A DNA stretch of 64,000 nt. Source: the human T2T-CHM13v2.0 reference genome, Homo sapiens. The notes under the pieces are model-generated. The model searched no databases. It was not told the origin of the DNA and was given only the letters and a program-made list of their open reading frames with translations. Positions 13,041 to 27,569 of this stretch are shown piece after piece (positions within the stretch are counted from its first letter, which is position 1; each line of letters starts with the position of its first letter). The translations under genes were made by a program, and so were the position numbers. The DNA lies in the NCBI RefSeq assembly GCF_009914755.1, contig NC_060938.1; one strand, 5' to 3'.

Positions 13041-13409
13041 ACTTAAAATAATTTGTTCTGCTTGTTACTGACAAAAAGTCTAAACATGATTGAAAGCAGA
13101 ATTTTGCTCCAAAATATGCCATTATCAATATAACATTTTCAATTTCTGGGACCACAGATAAAATAAGGCATCATTTAAAGGATCTGCATGGCTGTATACA
13201 TGATAATGAGAAGCTTGTCTTATTTGGGAAGGCATGGCTATAATATATCTGTCATGAACTAAGCTATATACTGTATAAAGGGCTGAGGTAGAAATGTGAT
13301 TCAGTTTTAGGGGATTTAGAATGTGGTGAAGAATATTGATAGATATATAAGCATATTTTAATCATGTAAGTTGAAAACAAAATTAGTAAACTTAAAACTT
13401 TATTAGAAA

Positions 13410-13495
13410 CCCAAAGCCCCAAACAACTAGCTTGGTGACTTTGGTCAAGTTACTTAACCTTACTGGGACTTAGTTTTTTCACATGTAAAATGTTT
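13410..13495 (+). mobile_element. MIR fragment
   Basis: 'actagcttggtgactttggtcaagttacttaacct...catgtaaaatg' MIR core. Confidence 0.75.
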
Positions 13496-13569
13496 ATAAA
13501 GGCCATTTTTACTTTATATGTCGTTTTGAGCAATACATTTTTAAAAGAATGGTTTTATTGGTATCTGAA

Positions 13570-13910
13570 GGCCTGGTTCCTTCCAGGGACTTCAGGAGAG
13601 ACTTTGTTCCTAACCTATTCTAGCTTCTGGTGGCCGCCAGCCTTCCTTGGCTTTTGGCTGCATCACTCCAATTTCTACCTCGCTGGTAATACTCACTTTT
13701 CTTCTGTATTCAACAACTCTCTGGCTCCCTCTAATAAGAATAGTAGCTATTACATTTAAAGGCTCACCTGAATAATCCAAGGTCATCTCTTTATCTTGAG
13801 ATCTTTAATTTAGTCACATCTGAGAAGTTCTTTTTGACACAGGTGACATTCACAAGTTTCAAGGATTAGAATCTATATATACTCAGGGGTATTTTTTGTC
13901 CTGCCATACA
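13570..13910 (-). mobile_element. MLT1C/D-like MaLR LTR fragment
   Basis: 'tctagcttctggtggccgccagccttccttggc...gcatcactccaa...ggctcacctgaataatccaagg...gtcacatctg'. Confidence 0.75.
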
Positions 13911-14859
13911 TTCATATGCATGAATGCAGACTCATTGAATCTTCTGAACATCTATATCCAACAGATAGTCTATGTATCCATTTATGTGTGAGGAAATGTA
14001 GAAACAGGGAGATTAAATAATCCATTGGAAGTCACACATTACACTTCAATGATAGTATTAGATGCTCACAAATCTGTCTCTAGGAGCCACTGCTAAACCT
14101 ATACTGTGGCCAAGCAAAAGAAAATCATTAGACAAATCAAGGAGCCAAAAATATATATCATAAAATTTATAATGGATGTGAATAAGAAATATTTGCAAGG
14201 ACTTAAAAATCAAAAAGATTGCTTTTTTAATTTGTAGAACCAGCAATCTATACACAACATGCCAAAGATTTATTTATGTAATAAAACAGAATGCATATGC
14301 TAACAAACATGACATTTTATAAATAAATACAAGTAGAAACGGGAGGAAAACTGGATGAAAGGGACTAGTGACAGTCACTTCACTTACAACATGAGAGACA
14401 GGAAATCCTATAAATGCTAGTATAACAAAATACAAAGATAAGGGTTTATTATAAAGTCACCAATATAAGAAAATAAGTACAAATTAGTGATTTAAAAATG
14501 AAAGATTGAAAAAGGGAGAAGATAGAGAATTGGAAAAGAGAGCTGTCTGCTTTGTTTCAAATCAGGAGTCAGTAGACAGTGCTGACAATGGTAATTTAAG
14601 AAAATGAAGTATGCATAATCTTTAGAGATGTGTCATTAGCTACAATGTGAGAAATAAGGAAAAATGGTTACAGTTGATGTCCCCCAAAAAGTAGTATTAT
14701 GGGTGAAGATGGAGTGGAATTGGAGGCTGCTAATGGTTCTTAAACGTAAACACTTCCTTAATATTGTTTACTTTAATAAAAAGTATCTACTTCTATCTGT
14801 CTTTATATCTATCAGTCTGTTTAAAACAAAGTAAAACAATAAAAGCGTTCATATTTTTT

Positions 14860-14995
14860 CTTTATTCATCAGATTATATTGAAACCTGCTATGTGCCAAA
14901 TTGAAATTCACCTATTGCAATGAAAAGACAGGACATGTCCCCTTTCAGAGCTTACAATGCAGAGAAAACAGATGACTAAGCAATTATAACCATAG
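14860..14995 (-). mobile_element. L2 3' fragment
   Basis: 'ttattcatc...acctgctatgtgcca...cagagcttacaat'. Confidence 0.55.
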
Positions 14996-15549
14996 GGAAA
15001 TAACATGTCCCTTAGGTGGGCAAGAAACATAATATTAGAGAATCATTTAGCAAAAGGTATACTAAGAAATAAATGTATAAAAATTTGGTTTTAAATGGAA
15101 ATAAAATGAATGACATAAAAAAGGAAGATAAAAAATATTTCCCTATATTTTGCTGTTTGCTTTTAAAAGGAAAATTATATGTAGACAGAAACTATAGAGG
15201 CAAAAATTAAAGTACAGACAGAAAAAAGAGTTAAGTAGCAGTTAGCACGTTAGAATGTAGAATCTCCAAAAACCCATTTTGTTGCAGCGTTAAGAATAGA
15301 TCAAGAAAGCTGGAGATGAGGACTCTCCTGTAGCAAGGATGAGAAAAAAATACGGATGCAAAAAGTGTAAAAGTCCTTCATACTTTGATTACTGAAAGGA
15401 AATGTGATGAGAATTTTTTGTGAGTCTCACTGTAATATACAGCCTAATCTATTAATGAAATTTATACCTAAAATCTAGTGCTGTTTTTCTTTGTATTTAA
15501 TTTCTTTCCGGCTGAAGTTTCAGAATTATTTTGAGAAAACGACACAATC

Positions 15550-15925
15550 TCCCCTAACATTTGTAGGGCTTGAGGCCAAGGGTACAGTTGGAAGTATACA
15601 TACTACATACGTAAATGTTTACAAGTTAAAAACACAACTAACAAAATAATTTATTCACATTGTCCCAAAAAGCCAGATTCAAAGTAGACTTCTGTCTCCT
15701 AGCAAATCAAAGCCTGAACATGAATGAGGCTGCACGATCCAGTCTAGACTCTTTTTCCCCTCTACCTCTGCCCTTTCTGCCATATGAAGGGTCTTGCTTG
15801 TGTGTACACAAGCTTTCTTGGGTAAAGGCTTGTGTGTGCAACACTCCAGCCTCAAGTTCAAGCACTCGACTGTATACAACTGCTGACCCTTGGCCACTCG
15901 TTAGGCCTAAAGATGCCCAAAATAT
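15550..15925. mobile_element. Probable hAT-type DNA transposon remnant (subfamily not assigned)
   Basis: 'ccaagggtacagttggaagtatacatactacatacgtaaatgtttacaagtt' resembles a hAT-Tip100 non-autonomous element as I recall it. Confidence 0.3.
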
Positions 15926-16005
15926 AAATGACTCAGAGCTTGACAGTGAATTGTAAGTATTTGATACAAATCCTGACTGTATTTTCACAAGAATACATGA
16001 TTTGG

Positions 16006-16276
16006 GGTCGGGCGCGGTGCCTCACGCCTGTAATCCCAGCACTTTGGGAGGCTGAGGCAGGCGGATCACGAGGTCAGGAGATCCAGAAGATTCTGGCTAA
16101 CATGGTGAAACCCTGCCTCTACTAAAAATACAAAAACAAAATTAGCCGAGCGTGGTGGCGGGCACCTTTAGTCCCAGCTACCCAGGAGGCTGGGGCAGGA
16201 GAATGGCGCGTACCTGGGAGGCGGAGGTTGCAGTGAGCCGAGATAGCGCCATGCACTCCAGTGTGAGACTGCGTCT

Positions 16277-16313
<37 letters not shown>
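16006..16313 (+). mobile_element. Near-full-length AluY/AluSc8-like element with 36-nt poly(A) and 13-bp TSD
   Basis: 'ggatcacgaggtcaggagatc', 'gaatggcg'; TSD AATACATGATTTG at 15992-16004 and 16316-16328; 12-bp deletion near 16261. Confidence 0.97.
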
Positions 16314-16319
<6 letters not shown>

Positions 16320-18133
16320 CATGATTTGATTTTAAATATTAAATGACTTTCTTTTTATTTTCCTTATCTTCTCTCTCACATTCTTAATGCTTTATTTACT
16401 CCCTCACTCATTTTTATTCCACCTTCCCAATTAACTATTTAAAGGTTCACAGATAAATTTCAATCGTCAAAATAAATCTACATCTAACGCAGAGTATAGT
16501 GGCCACAGACACTGAAAATAAATGAACAAGAAGAGGATACTTTGCTTCACAAGTGTTCTGTTATTTAATATTAGGTCAATATCCCAGGTGTTACCAAAAA
16601 AATCCCAAAATGTCCATTTAATTTCAGGAAATGTTGTGACCTTCAGCATACTTCATATCACTACTTTAAAAACAAGTCTAAATTCAGTATTGAGGTCGTT
16701 TATTACATGACAAAATGTAAGGGGAAAGAAAATGTTCTCTTGTGTAAACAGATGAGACACTTACTGTGACAGAGCTAATTAGGCTCTTGGGAGAATTTAT
16801 GCACAGCTAATAAGAAGCAGAGCTAAATGTTGTCTTAATTTACCCTCAAGCTCTCAAAAAAAAAAAAAAAGTTGTTCATTCAAGTTGCAGGAATTGAGCC
16901 AACAACCATTAACCCCTCTTTTCCAGATACATTCCCATGCTAAAATCAAGCTCTTTCCTGAAGAGCAAAATCGATTCAGTTTTTTTTCCATGCATCTTTG
17001 AACATGTAATCACAAGCCATTATATTTAAAGTTAAGCAGATATAGATGGTTCTGAATTGTCTTCTATATATGGTACTTTGGTTATTGATTTTACCTTATA
17101 ATATGCTACAACACAGTGTCAAGAATATTAATAAAAGCCAATATTATCAAGTGGGGTTAAATAGGTACTCTCAAACACTGTGTGACTGTTAAGAAAACCC
17201 CTTGATGGGGGGCATTATCTTTATAACTCAAAAATTTCAATATTCTTTCATTCACTTCTAAATACTCTATGTCTCTTTTAGAAGCATGTACAGAGGCATG
17301 CAATAATAATACAAAGACATTTGTTAAAAGTATATAAATCAGTTTTTCTCTACATGAGCCTTAATAAGACATTGTTTTACATATTATACTACAGCTATAA
17401 ACATGAAAGATGCTCTTCATATACCAACTTGAAGTAAAGCCTTCAAAATTGGGCATGATATTTATGTCTGGGTAGATTTATATTAAACTTCTAACTAAGG
17501 CTATCTGTTTGATTGTGAAACTGAATCGATTTTTACTTTCTACTTCATGAATTTCTTTATTCTTTGATAGGCTTACTACTAGTATCTATTATTTGGAGAT
17601 AAGAAAATTATTTTAATTTTGTATGATAAACCTAATTAATAGAACAATTTAAATTAATCTTAAAGAACATATTTGGTCATATGAGGTTAAAATTAATAGA
17701 TTAAGGCATTTTATGAATTTAACTTATATGATAAAAGTTAAATAATATTCTCTGATGTTAATAATAACCATATAAAACAATTATACTTTCAGGAATACAT
17801 ATTAATGAATTAAAAGTATGTAAAAAGATAAACAACAAATAGGTAGCAGTAAGATTCAGGAAGATTTTTATATTATAAGCAGAGGTGGAATATGGGAAAT
17901 TTACAGATATAGTTAAAATTTATTGTAAAGGTCTTAATTTAAATTGAATATTAAATTCAAACTTACTTATTGAATTATTAAAGTAGATTATAAATAAAGA
18001 AAAAGGAGCCACCCATTAATCAATAATTTTTATTACTCCATTTCCATGGACCTAAGGGACATAAAGCAAAATTGAAAAGATATCGTTAATAAAACCAATA
18101 TCCTAAAATATTATTAAATTGTTTCAGTTTTAC

Positions 18134-18357
18134 AATGAGAACACATGGACACAGACACAGGGAGGGGAACAACCCTTATGGAGGCTTGTTGGGGGAGGGC
18201 AGAGTGGGAAGAGCATTAGGGAAACAGCTAATGCATACTGGGCTTAACACCTAGGTGATGGGTTGATAGGTGCAGCAAACCATCCTAGTACATGTTTACC
18301 TATGTAATAAACCTGTACATCCTGCACAGGTACACCAAAACTTAAAAAATAAAATAA
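18134..18357 (+). mobile_element. 5'-truncated older L1PA 3' end
   Basis: 'aatgagaacacatggacacag...ctaggtgatgggttgataggtgcagcaaacc...aacttaaaaaataaaa'. Confidence 0.9.
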
Positions 18358-18361
18358 TTAT

Positions 18362-19197
<836 letters not shown>

Positions 19198-20263
19198 TCA
19201 AATTTTAACATTAAAGACTTCCTATTAAACTCCACGATGTATACACAAAATAGAAATACAAAATAAGTATGTCAAAATGTTAGTAATTTTCTATAAATGG
19301 TGGGCCTAGATTTCAAGTTTTTAATCATTTCCTTTTCTATAATTTTTAGTCTTTCTCTAATAAGCATGCATGACATTTCAACCAATTTAAATTATTCAGT
19401 GAAATATATTTTGCATTAAAAAACTTTAAAAATATAAAATACAGATATTTTTCTAGACAGGTTTGAAGAAGGCTATTGAAACATTTTATCTGCAATTCAC
19501 TCCTATTCTTTTTGATATTGCACAATAGAGACTAAAGAAGAAAAATTAATTGCCTTTACCACAACTTTTAGTTACAGTAAAATCAGTGTTTAATAATGTG
19601 TTCAGATACCTCTCCCACTGATCACACGCAAAGGTCACTCTAAGAACTTTTATTCCTGTGAGGAGTCACTCAAGCTGTCATTTAAAAACACAAAATTGAA
19701 AACCAAAACAAAGAAAGAAAGAAAACAGAATAATAAAACTATTTTTGCCTCTAATTTACCAGAACCCTGATCTTCAAATATTAAATAAGGTTTATGAGGG
19801 TATGCTATGTTATAGTCACTATGAACTAGCAGAAAATCTGACTTCTATAATTCTATGGTGATCAGCAGGGGCACTTGGTTCTTTATATGTATGCATCTGT
19901 GTGGATATAGCGTGTGTGTGTTTATACACATATTTCTTAAGGAAATATATACATATATTTTAAGAAAATATACAAATATTTCCTAAAGCACTGAGTGGAA
20001 AAATGCATGTAACAAAAATATACATCATTTTGCCTTTGAAGAATTCATTACCTAGGGAAATAAGACATGTGGACAGATGTAGTGCACTATGGTCTATAAC
20101 AGAGATATCTACAAAGCTGAATGAAATTTTGGTGAAGCTAATGTGGGAAAGCAGCCTTCACAGAAGCACAGACAATACATTTGGGTTTTCAAAGAAAATA
20201 ATAAAATGTTTTTCAGATTGGGTCAAAAAGACATGGCATGCCTGTAGGAAAGTTCAACATATG

Positions 20264-23200
20264 GAAGGCCTTTTCTGCATCTACTGAGATAACCATGTGG
20301 TGTTTGTCTTTCGTTCTGTTGATGTGATAAATCACATTTATTGTTTTGCATATGTTGAACCAACCTTCCATCTCATAAAGCCTACTTCATCATTGTGGAT
20401 AAGTTTTTACCCACAATTTAATCTACTGGATTTGGTTTGCCAGTATTTTGTGGAGTATTTTTGCATCGATGTTATCAAGGATATTTACCTGAGGTTTTCT
20501 TTTTTTTCTTGTATCTCCACCAGGCTTTGGTATCAGAATGATGCTGGCCTCTTAGAATGAGTTAGGGAGGAATCCCTTCTTCTCAATTTTTTTTTTAGAT
20601 ATTCTCGGTAGGAATGGTACCAGCTCTTCTTTGTACCTCTGGTAGAATTCAGCTGTGAATCCTTCTGTTTCTGGGCTTGTATTGGTTGGTAGGCTATTTA
20701 TTACTGCCTCAATATCAGAACTCATTATTGGTCTATTCAGGGATTCAATTCCTTACTGGTTCAGTCTTGGGAGGATGTATGTGTCCAGGAATTTATCCAT
20801 TTCTTCTAGATTTTCTAGTTTACATCCATAAAGATGTTTATTGTAGTGTCTGATGGTTGTTTATATTTCTGTGGGGTCGGTGGTGATATGACCCTTATCA
20901 TTTCTGACTGTTTATTTGGATCTTTTTTCTTTTCTATTTTGTTAGCTAGTTACTGGTCTATTTTAATAATTTAAAAAAAAAAACAACTCCTGGATTCATT
21001 GATCTTTTGAATATAGTTTTGTCTCTTTTTCCTTCAGTTCACCTCTGATCTTGGCTATTTCTTGTATTCTGCTAGCTTTGGGGTTCGTTTGCTGTAGGTT
21101 CTCTAGTTCTTTTTTTGTGATATTAGGTTGCTAACTTGAGGTCTTTCTAGATTTTTGATGTGGGCATTTAATGTTATAAAATTTCCTCTTAACACTGCCT
21201 TAAGTGCATCCCAGAGATTCTGGTATGGTGTCTCTTTGATCTCATTAGTTTCAAAGAACTTCTTGATTTGTGCCTTAATTTCATTTTTTACTCAAGAGCC
21301 ATTCAGGAGAAGGTTGTTGAATTACTATATATAATAGTTGTGTGGTTTTGAGTTAATTTCTTAATCTTGATTTCTAATTTCATTGTGCCACGATCTGAAA
21401 GACACTTTGTTATGATTTTAGTTCTTTTGCATCTGCTAAGGAGTGTTCCACTTCCAATTATGTGATCAATTTTAGAGTAAGTGCCTTGTGGCAATGAGAA
21501 GAATGTATATTCTGTTGTTTTTGGGTGGAGAGTCCAGTAGGTATCAGGTCCATTGGATCCAGATGAAACTCAACATCATTTTATGTTAAAAAATCTCAAA
21601 AATCTAGATATTGAAGGAACACACCTTAACATAGTAAGAGCCATTTATGGCAAACCCACAGCAAATATCATACAAAATTGGCAAAAGCTAGAAGCATTCT
21701 CCTTGAAAACTGGCACAGGACAAGTATGCCCTATCTCACCACTCCTGTTTGACATAATATTGGAAGTTCTGGCCAGGGAAATCAGGCAAGAGAAAGAAAT
21801 AAAAGTTATTAAAATAATAAGAGAGGAAGTGAAAATATCTTTGCAGATTACATGATCCTATGTTTAGAAAACCCCATTGCCTCAGCCAAAAACTTCTGAA
21901 GCTGATAAGCAACGTTAGAAAAGTCTCAGGATAAAAAACAATGTGAAAAATTATTTTAAAAAGTCACTTGCATTTCTATACAACAACAAGTGGCAAGCAG
22001 AGAGCCAAATCATGAATAAACTCTCATTCACAATTGCCCCCCACACACACACACACAAATACCTAGGAGTATAGCTAATAGGGGAAGTGAAGGACCTCTT
22101 CAAGGAGAACTGCAATCACTGCTCAAAGAAATCAGAGAGGACACAAACAAATGAAAAAACATTCCATGCTCATGGATAAGAAGAGTCAGCATTGTGAAAA
22201 TGGTCATACTCTCAAAAGCAATTTATAGATTCACTGTTATTTCCATTAAAGTACCATTGACATCATTCAAATAATTAGAAAAAAACTATTTTAAAATTCA
22301 TATGGAACAAAAAAAACCCCAAATAACCAAGACAATCTTAAGCCAAAAGAACAAAGCTAGAAGCATCACACTACCCAACTTCAAATTATATTACAAGGCT
22401 CCAGTAACCAAAACAGCATGGTACTCATATAAGAACAGACACATAGACCAATAACTGGCTAGTCATATACAGAACCTTGAAACTAGACCCCTTCCTTACA
22501 CTATATACAAAAATCAACTCAAGGTAAATTGAAGACTTAAATTTAATACTCCAAACTATAAAAACCCTAGAAGAAAACCTAGGCAATACCATTTATGGTA
22601 CCATAGGCATGGGCAAAGATTTCATGACAAAGATGCCAAAAGCAGTTGCAACTAAAACAAAAATTTACAAATGAAAGCTAATTAAATGAAAGAGCTTCTG
22701 CACAGCAAAATAAACTATCATCAGAGTGAACAGAAAACCTACAGAATGGGAGAAAATTTTTGCATTCTGTCCATCTGGCGAAGGTCTAATATCCAGCATC
22801 TACAAGGGACTTAAACAAATTTCCAAGATAAAAGCAAACAACCCTGTCAAAAAGTGAGCAAAGGACATAAGCAGAGACTTCTCAAAAGAAGATATCCATG
22901 CAGCCAGTAAACATATGAACAAAAGTTTAACATCACTGATCACTGGAGAATTGCAAATCAAAACCACAATGAGATACTATCTCACACCAGTCAGAATGGC
23001 TATTACTAAAGAGTCAAAAAACAACAGATGCTTGAGAGGTTGTGGAGAAAAAGGAATGCTTTTACATTGTTGGTGAGAGTGTAAATTAGCTGGACTATTG
23101 TGGAAAACAGTGTGGTGATTCCTCAAAGACTTAGAAGCGGAAATAACATTTGACCCAGCAATCCCATTACTGAGTATATAACCAAAAAAAATATAAATCA

Positions 23201-23705
23201 TTCTATTATAAAGATACATGCATGCATATGTTCCTTGCAGCACTATTCACAATAGCAAAGACATGAAATCAACCTAAATGGCCATCAATGATAGATTGGA
23301 TAAAAAAGAAGTGTGGTACATATACACCATGCAATACTATGCAGCCATAAAAAGGAATGAGATCATATCCTTTGCAGGGACGTGGGTGGAGTTGGAAGCC
23401 ATTATCCTCAGCAACCTAACCCAGGAACAGAAAACCAAATGCTGCATGTTTTTACTTATAAGTGGAGCTGAATGATGAGAACACATGGACACATGGTGGG
23501 GACAACACACACTGGGAACTGTTGGTGGGTAGGGGTTGGGAGGAGGGAGGGCATCAGGAAGAATAGCTAATGAATGCCAGGCTTAATATCTAGGTGATGG
23601 GATGATCTGTGCAGCGAGCCATCATGGCACCCGTTTACCTATGTAACAACCTGCACATCTCACACATGTACCCCTGAACTTAAAATAAGTTGAAAATGAA
23701 AAAAA
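20264..23705 (+). mobile_element. Twin-primed (5'-inverted) older L1PA (about PA12-15): inverted part 20264-21562 (-), sense part 21562-23705
   Basis: Antisense ORF2 begins 'gaaggccttttctgcatc'; sense part begins at the adjacent consensus position 'gatgaaactcaacatc'; TSD AAAGTTCA(A/G)CATATG at 20249-20263 and 23706-23720; ORF 21553-21855 is an RT fragment. Confidence 0.95.
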
Positions 23706-24262
23706 AAAGTTCAGCATATGAAAAGTTACAATAGCAGCACTTAAATAGTCATATCTAAATTAAACAAATTGAAATCATTTTTAATATCTTAGAAGATTTA
23801 AAATACTGTTAGGCTTTGAGGTTTATGTTATAGATAGCATGTGATTCATGTTCTCTAAAAATAATGAGTTTGCAAAGGGAGAGCAACATGGAAAAATGTA
23901 ACAGTTGTAATTTTATAAATTTCTAGGACAACAGTATGTTCTACACAGTCTATTAGAGCAGGTAGGAGAGAATGACTACCTCTCTTTTGGGGAACCTGTA
24001 TTTTTTTTTTTTCTGAGAAATTGACTTTGTATTGAAACTTCAAAGAAATATTGGTCTATAAAAAAGATACCAATCAGCATAAGGCATAAAAATTTCAGAA
24101 TTCTCTTAATGAAAGTGTAGGGGTAAATGTACCAAGTCCATTGCCTGACTGGTCTCTCAATTCTTTGGATCATGTATCCAGGGTCTTTCCATTGCACAAT
24201 TTCAAGGAGTACATTCACATTTTACTTAAGGCTGAATCCCTGAATGCATTAATACTAGCAGT

Positions 24263-24307
<45 letters not shown>

Positions 24308-24323
24308 ACATATATACACACAC
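24263..24323. repeat. (TA)n/(CA)n microsatellite
   Basis: Seen directly. Confidence 0.95.
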
Positions 24324-26399
24324 AAATAATATACATCTATTATGTTTCTAGTGATACACTGAAAAATTATTAAAGCATAAGTAAAAGTAAAATAAATAAA
24401 ATACTGCAAATTTGTCCCTAAGAGAAAAGTTTTTGTCTGTGTTCTATAATTTGTTTGTAAATATCTTTGCAATTACGCTTTAATCATAACGTCAGTACTT
24501 TGTATTCTTAAGAACATATTTTTAACAATAATAGATAAAAATCTCTATTTAATTTTGTCTCTTGATGATTCCAATGTTTTGGTAATTTTCAGTCAATATT
24601 ATTGACTCAAACTTCTAAAATAGTTAATCTCGTCCTTAGGTTTTCTTTTTGCTTATTGTTCTTGTTTACATTGTATTCTTCTTGTGGTTCTTTTATCTCC
24701 ACAAGGGTTAAAATTTGATTTTTTTAAAAAAATTCATATGACCAGTACATATAAACTACAATGCCACCATATAAATACAGGCAGAACATACTAAAACTCT
24801 CTTTATGTTGGGAATTCCAGACTTCCTCCTATTTAGGTAACATATAAAAGCTATCAAATAAACTATAAACTTATTATTTTTCTGTAAGAATAAGCATATC
24901 AAATATCACTATGACAAATTTACTTTTTTATTGTTATTAAAATATCCTACATAGATGTTCTCTCAACTTTTCATAGTATTGCACTATATTAAGTGGAATC
25001 AGTTACAGAGTGATCAAATTTTGGAAAGTCATGCGTAATACGTTTAATTGCTTTGATGTTATCTCATAGTCATACAGATCAATAGAAACATATTTAAAAA
25101 GGGAATTCACATGTCCAGAATTTTTGGTTGGATGAACAACTTCCTGCCACAAAGGAGGGTAGAGTGGAAGAGAGTCATTTGTGTGGTTCACAATCTTTCT
25201 TTTCCCTTAAATGCACCCACCCTCTATTGTAGAGCCCTTAGTTCTTAGTGAAATCATAGTTTCATTATTTAAGACCCAATTGAAGTAAATGGGCATGGCC
25301 AACATTTAATTAACATCAGTTTATCAATTAACTAGCAAATAACTGAGGAACTGAACTCTGTAAAATATGAAGTGGTGAGGAGTAGAATGCCACAATGGTT
25401 ACAAAAAAGTCTGAGTACCCAGAAAAAGTGTGCAAACATAAAAGAGAAGGATTTGAATAGAGGCTGCCCTGACTTGGTTTATTTAACAATAGAGCTAACA
25501 TTGATGGACTTCTCTAAGATATTGTTTAGCAAGTTCATAGACTGATCATACTAATTGAACCAGTGGAGGCAACACTTTCCCAAAAGCTTTCTCATAGATG
25601 TGACTAAAGAAAAGTAGAAAATCTATATAATGTTGGGACTGAATCCCAGGAGCGCTCCTTTTTGGCTCTATTGATGAAGAATATTTAAACTTTTTTTGTC
25701 TCATTCAGAGGCTTACATTAGAGAGAACCTGCTGGAAATGACTGTACAGTTCACAGCTTCATATACAACTAAGTACACCAAGGGGGTCCAAGTCCCAACT
25801 CAACAATTCTATACTGAAATGAAAATGTAGAGCAAATGAACTCCGAGCACAAAGCAAATTTAGAAAAGGCTGAGAAAATATTCATTTTGATTTTGTGAAT
25901 AAGCAGATGCAGTGTGGGTGAGGATTACATCACTTTAGCAGGTGTTAATTTGTTCATAAATATACCACCTGTAAAAAAAAATAAACTTTAAAAGTAGGAT
26001 ATGTAGCCTCTAATTGCTTTTTTTCCTGGATCATTTCATTCACATCATATGATACCTTAAATTTCTCAAGAAATTAAATCAAACTTCATGAGTTCACAAA
26101 ACAGAAGACACTAAAAGTTCAGAATGGATAGTCCCTTTAAAGATACAACTCATTCAACTTTCATTGAACTTACCAGTGAAAGCCACATTGGTAAATGGTG
26201 GGTACACAAAGAACGAATGTCAAATAGGAACAAAAAAATACGAATAGGAAAAGGTTATGACAGTCCCCATTTGATGTTTGTGTTGACCTATACTAAACCT
26301 AATTGCACCTCAGATAAATTTATTTTTGCCTAGCAGCTAAGGGGACTATTGTATGCAATTGGCAGCAACTTACTACAAGAAAAGCCTAGAGGTATTCTT

Positions 26400-26662
26400 T
26401 CCTTTTTTTTTTTAATTTTTTTTTTTTTTTTGAGATGGAGTCTCACTCTGCTCCCAGGTTCACATGATTCTCCTACCTCAGCCTCCCAAGTAGCTGGGAT
26501 TACAGGCACGCACCACTATGCTTGGCTAATTTTTGTATTTTTATTGGAGACAGGGTCTCACCATGTAGTCCAAGCTAGTCTCCAACTCCTGACCTCAAAT
26601 GATCCACATGTCTCAGCCTCCCAAAGCGCTGGGATTGCAAGCGTGATCCACCGCGCCTGGCC
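26400..26662 (-). mobile_element. AluSx/Sz-like element with ~50-bp internal deletion
   Basis: Antisense Alu; TSD core GAGGTATTCTT at 26389-26399 and 26668-26678. Confidence 0.95.
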
Positions 26663-27177
26663 AGCTGGAGGTATTCTTAACCTGTCTTCTCCAAGATCAC
26701 CATATCATCTTTGTTGACAAATCAAATGAGCACTTCACCTCCTGGAAGAATTTCACATTTTTTATTATCTCTCAATCTTAAAATGATCCATCTCTTGACT
26801 TCTGTAAGAAGTTCTCTCTCAATTTTTGGTCAATGCTATAACTCCTTTATTTCTTTTTGGAAATCTGTGTCCACTGAGCTATACATTCCAGTTTCTCTTA
26901 GTTTTTAATCCTTGCCATTTTTGTACCCCTTGAACCGTCTAATTTTTGTAAAAATTCTCTTACATGAACTATGACTAGCTTTACTTATATGTATGTTGAA
27001 TTCATGACTTTATGTATTTTCCAGGTTTCACATATTTTTCAAGACTAGATAATGTCTTCTATTTCTTTTACACCTTTGCTGACTGCCCAGGATAGATGAT
27101 GCTCACATTTTAAAACATCAAGAATTATCATCATTTTATTTTGATAAATTTGAAAATAATATACATGTTAAAGTAAC

Positions 27178-27470
27178 GGCCGGGCGCCATGGCTCACGTC
27201 TGTAATCCCAGCATTTTGAGAGGTCGAAGCGGGCGGATCATGAGGTCAGGAGATCGAGACCATCCTGGCTAACACGGTGAAACACCATCTCCACTAAAAA
27301 TACAAAAAATTAGCTGGGCGTGGTGGCGGGCGCCTGTAGTCCCAGCTACTTGGAGGCTCAGGCAGGAGAATGGCGTGAACCCGGGAGGCGGAGCCTGCAG
27401 TGAGCCGAGATTGCGCCACTGCACTCTAGCGTGGGTGACAGAGCAAGACTCTGTATTAAAAAAAAAAAAA
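27178..27470 (+). mobile_element. Full-length AluY
   Basis: 'gagatcgagaccatcctggctaacacggtgaaa', 'gaatggcgtgaacccgggaggcggagc'; TSD AAAGTAAC. Confidence 0.97.
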
Positions 27471-27569
27471 GTAACTTTGAGTGAGGATGCACTTGCCACT
27501 AGCTATGTCCTGTTTTCTTGTGACAATCACGCCAAGAATGATGAAAAATCCTAATAATCCAGATAGACA

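Noticed and set aside
23524-23551. G-quadruplex-like G runs (also the C-rich tract at ~56837-56858)
   Set aside because: Standard L1 3'UTR polypurine tract, not locus-specific
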